Shown here in pieces: positions 53,120-64,000 of a DNA stretch of 64,000 nt; position 1 is the first letter of the stretch, and each line of letters begins with the position of its first letter. The stretch is taken from the NCBI GenBank assembly GCA_951406725.2, contig OX597829.1, positions 17,112,001 to 17,176,000 of the forward strand, given 5' to 3'. The DNA is from Octopus vulgaris. Lineage: Eukaryota. The notes below the pieces were generated by a model. It did no database searches and was not told where the DNA came from. It was given only the letters and a program-made list of their open reading frames with translations. Position numbers and translations under genes: made by a program.

Positions 53120-54240
53120 TATATATAGAATTAATAAATTTTGATTTAAAGAAAATGTTTCTTTCATCTCTTATGTCAGCTCATAAGTGTTTTGCTGTTG
53201 ACGCCACCAAATTGAACAATTTTAACGATATCGGTATGAAATTGTGGTGATTTTTGGTTGATAATTTACGAGGGATGAAAATGTCCAAGTCTTGTTCGCG
53301 TTTTTTTCTTCGTGGGTTCCATTGTCGTACTGCTGTGCAGTTTGTTTTTTTACAACGTGCCCCATCTTACCTCAAGAAAACTGATTGAAATCAATAAAAC
53401 AATATCGATTCCCCCTTCGTTTCTCAGTTTTCCTTTCATCACTGAAGAAATGCCAGTGCAGTGGTCTTAATTTAGGTCGCATCCCGACTTCCCAGGAAGT
53501 GAACCATTGGCTGTAGTCTCGAAGACATCTTCTGCGATACATGTGAAGTGTGACACGCAGAATCAAGCTGCAATGGACTGCCATCAACCCAGATATTTTT
53601 AAAACCGTACCTTTATAGCCAGTCCGCCTGGAATTGCCCTTGTCTGCCAGTTCATCTATTGACATCAAAGGTTTTCATCCACTTGCTCCGCTATTGGGGA
53701 CTTCGGGTAATTTTTTGCGAGGTATGCCCCTCTAGACCCACCCAGATCAGTGGGAACAGACTCTACTTTCGAAGGTTTTAAGTTGAGACGGTTTTGCATC
53801 AAAACGAAGGTTCTGGTCATTTCCAGAACATGGTACATCACTTAACGAAGCGAGGACGAGCTTCTGAGGACAGGCTTAGACTACATATTACGTATCACTC
53901 AGTGAGGAATACTAAATCTTCGCAGCATTTGGACCTAGATAGATACTTGAGAAAGCACATATATACATGCACGCTTGTCTGAGTGGCAAAAAGTTGGCTT
54001 TGTATCAACATGGTTCTAGATTCAGCCCAACAGCGTAGCACCTCCAGCTAATTTCTACTATAACAACGGACCAACCAAAATCTTGTGAGTGGATTTGGTA
54101 GACAGAAACTGAAAGAAACCCGTTGGGTGTGTGTGTGTTGTGTTAACAGCACATACATACACACATATATATACAAACATATATATAAAAATATACATAT
54201 ATAAAAAATTACATATATATTCATACATATATATATAAGC

Positions 54241-54271
<31 letters not shown>

Positions 54272-54282
54272 ACATATATGCA

Positions 54283-54317
<35 letters not shown>

Positions 54318-54476
54318 GTAACATATATATGTGTGAATATATATATAAATACTTGCATAACACGCATATATATGCATACATATATATATATATACATGCA
54401 TAACATACATTTATATATATATCACACACAAAAATATATACATATATACGCATGCATTTATATATAAACATATTCT

Positions 54477-54831
54477 TTTATTCTTTTACTTGTTTCAGTC
54501 AGTTGACTGCGGCCATGCTGGAGCACCGCCTTTTAGTTGAGCAAATCGACCCAAGACATTCTGTGTGAGCCTAGTACTTATTCTATCGGTCTCTTTTGCC
54601 GAACCACTAAGTTCCGGGAACGTAAACACACCAGCATCGGTTGTTCATCGATGCTGGTGAGACAAACACAAACATATACATAAATATATATACGACAGGG
54701 TTCTTTCATTTTCCGTCTAGCAAATCAACTCACAAGGCTTTGGCCAGCCCGAGGCTATAGCAGGAGACACCCATGGTGCCACGCATGTGGTTGGGAAGCA
54801 AGCTTCTTACCACAAGGCCATGCCTGCGCCC
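54477..54831 (-). mobile_element. SINE family B
   Basis: Reverse-complement match. Confidence 0.8.
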
Positions 54832-54862
<31 letters not shown>

Positions 54863-55103
54863 GTTACTATTATGTTAAACTGTTGTATGTCCAAATCTGG
54901 CCAAATGCGCTCTTTTCAATATTTAATAGCTGGTTCTTTTGGTCATACTAACATGTCTCCAGCTGCTTCTGATGCCAGGATATCAAAAATTGTCAAAGTG
55001 TAGATCAATGGTTTTACTATGGAACGGTGAAGCTATTTCTTCATTTTCTGGAAAAAACAAACATTTTGGACTTACGACACTTTTGCATAACACCAACAAT
55101 ATA

Positions 55104-55156
<53 letters not shown>

Positions 55157-55510
55157 CAGTTATGCTAAGTTTCATTCATTGGTGTATGTAATCCTCATCT
55201 TTTCATTTGTCATTTATTTATGACTAAGTGAAAGGTATGCACTCTATTTGGCCACCATTGCAAAACTCAAAAACCACAAATGCTAAAGGACCTAAAAAAA
55301 AAAAGAAAAAACTTGGCCAATTTGGTGTCAAACAGCGAATCTTGGAAGCTTTACTTCGATTCATAATTCACGTGTGTGTGAACAACGTTTGGTTTTAATG
55401 CTTCCAGAAATTTTGTGTAATTGTATAATTTTGTACAATTATATAATTAATGCTTCCAGAAATTTTCTATACAGATATTTATTCAAACAGAAATTTTGCA
55501 CATCATCATT

Positions 55511-55742
55511 TCTATTTCTTTACTACCCACAGGGGGCTAAACACAGAGGGGACAAACAAGGACAGACAAACGGATTAAGTCGATTATATCGACACCAGTG
55601 CGTAACTGCTACTTATTTAATCGACCCCGAAGGGATGAAAGGCAAAGTCGACCTCGGCGGAATTTGAACTCAGAACGTAACGGCAGGCGAAATACGGCTA
55701 CGCGTTTCGCCCGGCATGCTAACAATTCTGCCAGCTCACCGC
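55511..55742 (-). mobile_element. SINE family A (partial copies also at 56733-56905, 59622-59730 and 61010-61158)
   Basis: Reverse-complement match. Confidence 0.85.
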
Positions 55743-56422
55743 ACATCATCATTTCGTCTTTGTTTAGGTTCGAATTTAGCCTTCGGAGTCGTTAAAATTA
55801 TTTACTAATTGAGCATTGGAATCGATGTAATCAACTGGCCAAAGTTTCAGGGTTTGTTCCTGTTGTATAAAGCATTATCATTACCGTTGTTTTTGGATAT
55901 TTTTAATGAAGGATAGTTAGAAAGTGGTTACAATGGCCAAGTTTGTATTATTAAACGGAGATCTTCTTTACATATGTTCGATTGAGTCACTACTTTGTAA
56001 ATGCTACCGGTTAAACATAAAATAAGCATACGATACACACACACACATCTTTATTTTCTTTCTAATCGTTTCAATTCGACTACGGTCATGCTGGAGCAAC
56101 CCCATGATGAAATTCAATGTTCGCTTTTAAACCTGGTACTTGTTTTTGCGAACCGCTAAGTTATGGGAGTGTAGACGAGCCAACACCGGTTGTCAAGCAC
56201 ATAAAGACACAAAGTGTGTGTGTGTGTGTGTGTGTATAAATAAGCGACGAGCTATATATTTCAATTTCCGCCTACCAAATCCACTTACGAGGATAAAAGA
56301 GGGCATTTGCCCAAGGTGCTATGCAGTGGAAGTGAACACGGAAATGTGGTTGTGAAGCAAACATTTTACCACACAGCCACACATTCGCCTCACCTATATG
56401 TATGTGCGGTGCGTGTGTGTAC

Positions 56423-56468
<46 letters not shown>

Positions 56469-57522
56469 CAAAATGGGACAAGAACGCAAAACATTCAGAA
56501 GACGATACAAAAAACACGAAGCCTCTAATCTTCAGTCAAGAACCGGATCATCCTCGAAATTTCGGCTGATTAATCTTGATATTGCTCCAATCTGGCCAGC
56601 CCCAAGGAAAAACTAAGCTAAGAGCATTAGATTCCTTGGGAAAAGGATCGAATGTGTACGAAACAAGGACAGAAAAACGGACGATGTTACACGAATATAG
56701 ATACAAAAAAAACAAACAATAATAATAATATATTTTATTGCCCACAAGGGGCTAAACAGAGGGAACAAACAAGGACAGACAAAAGGATTAAGTCGATTAC
56801 ATCGACCCCAGTGCAAAACTGGTACTTTATTTATCGACCCCGAAAGGATGGAAGGCAAAGTCGACCCCGGCGGAATTTGAACTCAGGACGTAACGACAGA
56901 CGAAATAATAATAACAATAACAATAATAATAATAATAATAACAATAACAACAGGACATAACAACAGGCGTCTTTCGACTAGAAACGAATTGAATTCAGGT
57001 ATACACGCGCATCCATAAGCATGCACGCATTATGTATACATCAGTTGAGATATAAACTGCAGTTATCAACATATAGCCATATAGAAATAAATTACAATAT
57101 ATCTAGATCACACAAATGTATTTTTATTTAATGATACTGAAATAAACACACCGGCACACATAGATATATTGCACAGCGCCTGATCACATACATAGAGATG
57201 CTTTACTGATACGCACAGAGACAGCGAAACACACCCACGCACGTTCAATATCACTCGCTCAAAACCCATTCGCTGCGGCGTGTCTTAGACTCTGGTTCCT
57301 GCTTAACGCGTGTACCAGCACGCGCACGCATTCCGATGACCTCAAGACAAAAAATCATGCCACCTGTTTTTTCTTTTCTTTTCCATTTTTCTCTTCCCTC
57401 TTTTGTTATATCCGGTAGATTAACTGAACGAGCAAAGTGCACGCACACACACACATAGTTACTTATATATACATTTACGTATTAACGCAAATATTCACAT
57501 ATACATGTATGGATGTGTGTGA

Positions 57523-57562
<40 letters not shown>

Positions 57563-58597
57563 TAAAGTAAGATAGGGGTTATGGGTGTAACCCGCTATGG
57601 GATAGTATTTATCCAATAAACTGTTGGTATATTACCCAGATTCTTAATACATAAATGTTTTTAATTGCAATGCAATTAACTCATTTATTGTATTAACTGG
57701 TGAAGGTAATCAATTAATATACTGACTTTTATAATTTGTATTCTTATCTTATATGTATTGAATTAAAAGATATATATGTATGCTATTGATGTTCTCATTT
57801 TGTTAAATTAATAAATAATACATTTTAATATCCGAAAGTTGATGAACAAACTAAATTTGTTTCTTATTTGTATTATATATATATATATGTGTGTGTGTAT
57901 TTGTGTTGTGTGTGAAGATAGAGAGAGATATCAAACTTTTTTCCATAATACTGAAGCAAAAAAATTAATTTTTGAATTTCATTTCGAAAGTCCTGTCATC
58001 ACCCCTCGGGAAAAAAATTTCCCCACAAATTTCTTTATAAATTTTTGTTCTCTCATATCCCTTTAATACACATTTTCTTTTTACACCTATTACACTTGAA
58101 AAGAAAATTTTTTTGTGACCGGGTGTTAATCTTATATATATATATATATAAAAAAAGTCAAGATAGAAAATGCCAAAATAATTTTATAAAAAAACTTTTC
58201 AGTACACCGGTTTCAGTCATTGAAACTTTTTCTTCTACATTGTGTGTGTGTGTGTATGTATGCATGCATGTATGTAATTTCCGCCTATGAAATTCTCTCA
58301 CAAAGAATTGGTTAGTATGACTATGGTAGTTGTAGTGGAAGACTGCTGCCAAAGTTAGTGCCTGAGGTATTGAACCATTGACTACAAAGGCCGTGAAGCG
58401 ATCTTAATCGAACAGCCACGCTTCGGCCGAAAATTGACAGGATTTCACGACTTGAGATTGAACTCAAACTTCTAGCATCAGTTATTCCAGAACCATAATT
58501 TAAAGTATATTCTACGATGGGATTGAATCCTCATTCTTCTTCTTCTTTTTTCTAAATAAGAACATACAATCATAAACTTATGCACAGTAACAGCATA

Positions 58598-59015
58598 GGC
58601 GTAGGAGTGGCTGTGTGGTAAGTAGCTTGCTTACCAACTATATGGTTCCGGGTTCAGTCCCACTGCGTGGCGCCTTGGGCAAGTGTCTTCTACTATAGCC
58701 TCGGGCCGACCAAGGCCTTGTGAGTGGATTTGGTAGACGGAAACTGAAACAAGCCCGTCGTATATATGTATATATATATGTGTGTGTGCGTGTATAAGTT
58801 TGTGTGTCTGTGTTTGTACTCCACCAACATCACTTGACAACCGATGCTGGAGTGTTTACGTCCCCGTAACTTAGCGATTCGGCAAAAGAGACCGATAGAA
58901 TAAGTACTAGGCTTACAAAGAATAAGTCCTGGGGGTAGATTTGCTGGACTAAAGGCGGTGCTCCAGAATGGCCGCAGTCAAAAAATGACTGAAACAAGTA
59001 AAAGAGTAAAGAGTA
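58598..59015 (+). mobile_element. SINE family B, full length
   Basis: Matches 41689-42082. Confidence 0.85.
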
Positions 59016-59546
59016 ACGATCGCACAAACGTACACATTATATATACATACACTTGCCTTTATGCACATATGTATGAGGTACTGAACTGGAGCCTTCGAAG
59101 ATATTTGATCACCTGACACCTATATTACATTTCTTACAGCGAGAGACACTTGTTTACATGCAGAAAGCTATTCGTTGAGAAAGACGTTTTTTGCATGCCT
59201 AACCAAGAAGAAAAATTGTAAACACAATGAATAAATAGATTGATATAAAGGTTTAACATTGCCTACCTGTATACAGGTAAGTCGGTATTCGGATAAACAC
59301 ACACACACATTTTGTGTATAATGCATAAATATAAAGTATATAATAATAACAAACAGTAATCAGTCTTTCTTCAATGCCTATAATTTTGGCTGAGAGAGAT
59401 TCGTTGTCGCCTGCGCTCAAATGGTACCTTATTCTGGCTGAATGAAAGACAGATTCGATCTCAACAGCATTTGAGCTCAAGAGGGGAAAGCCGGACGAAA
59501 TGCCATTAAGCATTTTGATCGGCCTGTTCACTGCCTTAATAATGAT

Positions 59547-59578
<32 letters not shown>

Positions 59579-61156
59579 CTTTCTGCTAAACGCACAAGGC
59601 ATGAAATAGTGGAAGAGGGAACTAGTCGATTACATCGACCCTCTGTGTTTCACTGATACTTAATTTATCGACCCCGAAAGGATGAAAGGGAAAGTCGACC
59701 ACGGCGGAATTTGAACTCAGAACGTAGCGACAGAATAATAATAATAATAAAAAGAAAAAAGAAAATAATAATAATGATAAAATAATAATAATAATAATGA
59801 TAACAATAATGATAATAATAAAATAATAATAATAATGATAATAATAAAATAGTAATAATGATAATAACAGTTTCAAAATTTGGCACAATACCTGCAATTT
59901 CTGAGGTTTGGGTTAGGGTTAGGGTGAGGTGGAGTAAGTCGATTATGTTGACCTCAGTGGTCAACCGATAATTATTTTATCAACCCCGAAAGGAGAAAGT
60001 GCCAAGTCGACCTTGGTGAAATTTGAACTCAGAACGTAAAGACGGACGAAATTACCTGCGAGCACTTTGACCGGTGTGCTAACGATTCTGTCACCTAAAT
60101 GATTAATGTAAATAGTTTTAAATTTCGAGACGTGGCTTTTAATTGTAGGGCGATGAGGCTTAGTCTATTGCCGCGAACCCTGAAGGGATGAAAAGGTAAA
60201 GTTGATCCTGGCGGGTTTCGAAATCAGAAAGCAAAGCACCACAGCCAATGACGTAAATCATTGTCTGTTGTTCGAAGAATTTGGAAGTTCTGCGTCGCTA
60301 AACATTTTTCATAGAAACTTATCCAAACTGATGATTTTTCGATAAGTTTGTATGTCGTAGGAAGAAGGAGGAGGAGGCTGACGCTTCAGACACATTTTAC
60401 TTCTTCGGAGAGAAAACATTTTTTCAAGTAAGACTAAACATCTCATTTTTCTCACAGAGAAAATCAGAAGGGGTCAGTACCGAAAAGTCAAATTCCTTCT
60501 TTTCATCGCACCACCTCCCCACATGTGAATATATACATTCCAATATATTTCAATGTGCACATCTATTTATCCATCCATCCATCTATCTATACACACGTAT
60601 ATAAAAATTATTATTATTATTATTATATTTTGGTCGAATCAGCCTGTTGCTTCGCTGAGAACCACTTGCAGGTGGCACCGGAATTTTCAGGCAGCCGGAA
60701 GACCCTCTGCAACCACAGCTGAAACTCAGAGTAGCAAGCGACTGACACGACCATGAAATATCACTGAACTCTATCATGTTATTGAGTACTCTTTTTTTCC
60801 AGTAGTTAATACTTAATGTATGCATATGTGTGTGTAAATAAAACACACAACACAACAACAATAATAGTAATAATTTTGACACTTGGCCATCAATTTCGGA
60901 TGAGTGGTAAGTTGATGGACTCCAGTGCTCAACTGGTACTTAATTTATCGACTCAGAAAGGATGAAAGGAAAAGTGGACCACAGGGGAATTTAATAATAA
61001 TAATAATTGTTTCTTTATTACCCACAAGGGGCTAAACATAGAGGGGACAAACAAGGACAGACAAACGGATTAAGTCGATTATATCGATCCCAGTGTGTAA
61101 CTGGTGCTTAATTTATCGACCCCGAAAGGATGAAAGGCAAAGTCGACCTCGGCGGA

Positions 61157-61190
<34 letters not shown>

Positions 61191-61809
61191 TACTTCTTTA
61201 TTATCCACAAAGGGTTTATATTAAAAAACATTGTGGGCAACTCAGGACAAATAGAATGTGAGGTTACATGAAAGTCGTGTAAACAATGAAAATCAATCGA
61301 TTATAATAACAAAATTCCTCAAAAGAGAGGAGACCCTTCATGGGCTGCTCTTGGAAACCCCACAAATCTGGGTTCTGATTATGGGCACAGTAGCCAGCAC
61401 AGTTTTAGTGGGGAGGGGTCAATTGACACCAGCGACCCCCCAGTAATGTCGGCCGATAATATATCCACTCCGAAAGAAATGAAAGACGTAGTTGGTTGGC
61501 CTCGGCGGGATTTGAACACAGAAGGTTCAAATAAAGAAATTGCATAAAAAGAACAAAAAAAAAAAAAGAAAAAGCCGGAAGAAAGAAATTCCGCTAATGT
61601 AGGTAAGCAGGCAATTTATTAATAACATTATAGACAAACAACAAGCTTAAAGAAAAAAAAATAATAAAGACCCTTTTGAAATAGTTTTAGTTTAAGCTCG
61701 TCAACAACACAACACAGCATTTTGAACAATACAAAATACTCAAAACAACAACAGGTGATTGTAACAAAACAAAATAACTAAATATAAATAAGGTATCTCG
61801 TCCACTTAC

Positions 61810-61854
61810 TTTCCGCCCTTCGCCGGTGGTAGAAGAAAGTTTTTCAGAATGCAT
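61810..61854 (-). CDS. HES: HES/hairy-family bHLH gene, coding exon 1 (MHSEKLSSTTGEGRK)
   Basis: The minus strand reads ATG CAT TCT GAA AAA CTT TCT TCT ACC ACC GGC GAA GGG CGG AAA followed by a consensus donor GTAAGT. It ends in RK at phase 0, like HES1-type exon 1 (EHRK|SSKP). I found no other RK-ending exon or second bHLH between here and exon 2. The junction is inferred. Confidence 0.8.
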
Positions 61855-62662
61855 CCTCAGTCGCTGCAGCCTTCCTTCCGGATAAAGACGAAGATTACTT
61901 GTGAACGTGTGCCTGAATCCAGCACAAGTTCTCTCACACTCCCAATTGCCCTCCCTCAGCCCTTCGTCGCTCCACTCTTCTCTCTCTCTCGCTCTCTCTT
62001 TCTCTTTCTCTGTCTCTTTCACTCGCTTCTCTTATCTCCCGCCCTGTTGTTCTTTTGTTTTCTTTCTTTCTTTCTTTCTTTTCTTTTTTGGGTTTTTCTC
62101 CTCGCGCCCTCGCTTTTCTTACTTTTTTCTTCTTTTTTTGTTTTGCTCTTTTTATTCTTTCTCTAGTTTTTTTTGTTTTTTAGTTGTTTTTTCTTTGCTT
62201 CTTCTGTGACTTGCTTATTAAAAGAAAAAGAAAAAAGTAAAGGAGAGAGAGAGAGAGAGAGAGATAGAAAGAAAGGGAGGGGGTGAAGAGGAAGGAAGGA
62301 CAAAACAACAACAAACTTGTCTGTTCGTCGTCGTTCAACTGACTGCCTGCCTGCCTGCCTGGCTGGTTGGCTGGCTGGCTGCCTCACTGCCTGCTCGACT
62401 GCCCGACTGTCAACGGGCGGCAAGGACCAGGGGGGTGGGGGTGGGGACTGCATTTAGATCAGCAGGTGGAAGGAAGGGGGAGAGGAAGAGAGAAAGAGAG
62501 AGAGAGACACACACACACACACATATATATATATACACATTATATATACACACACATATATATACACATATATATATACACCTATATATATACACATATA
62601 TATACAAACATATATATACACACACACATATATATATATATACAAACATATATATATATACA

Positions 62663-62697
<35 letters not shown>

Positions 62698-63062
62698 ATG
62701 TATCTGTCGCTCTGTCTATCTCTATCTCTTTTGAAGAAAAAGATAGACAGAAAGAGAGAGAGAGAGAGAGGGTGTGTGTGTGAGACAGACAAATATTCAG
62801 TGGGAGGAGGAGGAGGAGGAGGAGGGGGAAGGAGGAAAATATGGAAGGCGTGTGAATTCGGGTGGTGAATAAAAAAAAGACAAAAAAAAACTACACAAGG
62901 CAACATACACACACACACACGCACACGCACACGCTACGCACACTCATAGGACACACTGAAACACACACGCAACACACACTCAGACACACACACACACACA
63001 CACACACACACGCCAACCACACTCCCATACACAATTCACGCATACCTACACATACACGCACA

Positions 63063-63086
63063 CACGCGCACGCACACATTCCCACA
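63063..63086 (-). promoter_or_regulatory. Su(H)/CSL site TGTGGGAA with an adjacent class-C site CACGCG, about 1.2 kb upstream of the HES ATG
   Basis: TTCCCACA is at 63079-63086 and CACGCG at 63063-63068. This is a motif match only, inside a degenerate CA repeat. Confidence 0.3.
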
Positions 63087-63494
63087 CGTATCCGAATACA
63101 TTAAGAAAAAAAAAAGTCTAAACAAAATAATTAATAAATAATAAAAAAAAATATAAGTTAAAGGAAAAGCGTGCGGTGGTGGCAGCGACAGTGAGGAATG
63201 GTAAGAGGTATATTTCTTTTATTGAACGGAATTAAGATGGAAGGAAGGGGGGGCGTTGCTAGAGTTTGTATTTGCGGTAGGAGAGGAGGGAAAAAGAAGA
63301 AATAATGCTGTGATGATCAAAGGCATTCCACCCGTGGCTTTCCCATCTAATTATGGATGGAAATTGATATCGAATCCAATAAACATTTTTTTCGAAAACG
63401 GTGGTTATTTGTTTTTTTTTCTTGATTTCTAGACTAGAAAAAAAAACATTTTGGCTGTTATTTCTAGGAGATCGAACGACCACTTAACGTCTCG

Positions 63495-64000
63495 CTGTTG
63501 GCGGTGGCGGTGGCGGTGTTTGGGTGGATGGGTGGGTGGGAATAGTGCTGATGGGGAAAGTGTTGTAGGCGGCGGTGGTGGTGGTGGTGGTGGTGGTGGT
63601 TGTGTTTATTGCTCTTAGTAGCAGTGAATGTTTCGCAGTAGTGGTTGTTGTTGTTGTTGGTGGTGGTGGTGGTGGTGGTGGTGGTGGTGGTGGTGGTGGT
63701 GAAAGTGGTGGTTGTAAGTATGGTGCTGATTGACAGTTGTGGTTGTAGTACTTTTGGTGGTAGTCGTGATGATAGTAATGGTGTTAGTTGCGGTGGCGGT
63801 GGTGGCGGCGGTGGTTGTGGTGGTGGTGGTGGTGGTGGGTGTGCTGCTGATTGTGATGGTGTCGGTGGTAGTGGTGTTGGTAATGGTAGTATTTGGCAGT
63901 ACGGTGGCGGCGATAGTGTTGGTGGTGCTGGTGGCGGTGGTGCCGATGGTAGTGGTGGTGGTAGCGGCGGCGATGGTGGTGCCGATGGTGGTGCCGATGG
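63495..64000. repeat. Degenerate (GGT)n tract
   Basis: Seen directly. Confidence 0.95.

Overview
This is eukaryotic, AT-rich DNA saturated with microsatellites. Its SINE, MITE and LINE content matches what I know of octopus (coleoid cephalopod) genomes, which is an inference. Almost all listed ORFs are translated simple repeats. The one real protein-coding gene is missed as such by the ORF track: a minus-strand Hairy/Enhancer-of-split (HES)-family bHLH repressor. Coding exon 1 is at 61810-61854 (MHSEKLSSTTGEGRK), exon 2 at 3597-3692 (96 nt, [32 protein letters not shown]) and exon 3 at 1940-2027 (88 nt, GARHSKMEKADILEMTVKHVRQLQRQHFS). The Orange/WRPW exon presumably lies left of the window. 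About 58 kb of the window is therefore the first intron. That intron holds a candidate alternative promoter and first exon (MAES, phase 0, with N-boxes) and a weaker third candidate. It also holds a perfect 54-bp-arm hairpin, Penelope-type minimal hammerhead remnants, a clustered GG-terminal MITE family with 8-bp TSDs (one copy bracketed by a 152/174-bp duplication), non-autonomous Helitrons, mariner derivatives, Tx1/RTE LINE fragments and four SINE families. There is an apparent CpG-poor to CpG-rich boundary near 10-11 kb. Repeat boundaries are approximate unless a TSD or terminus is quoted.
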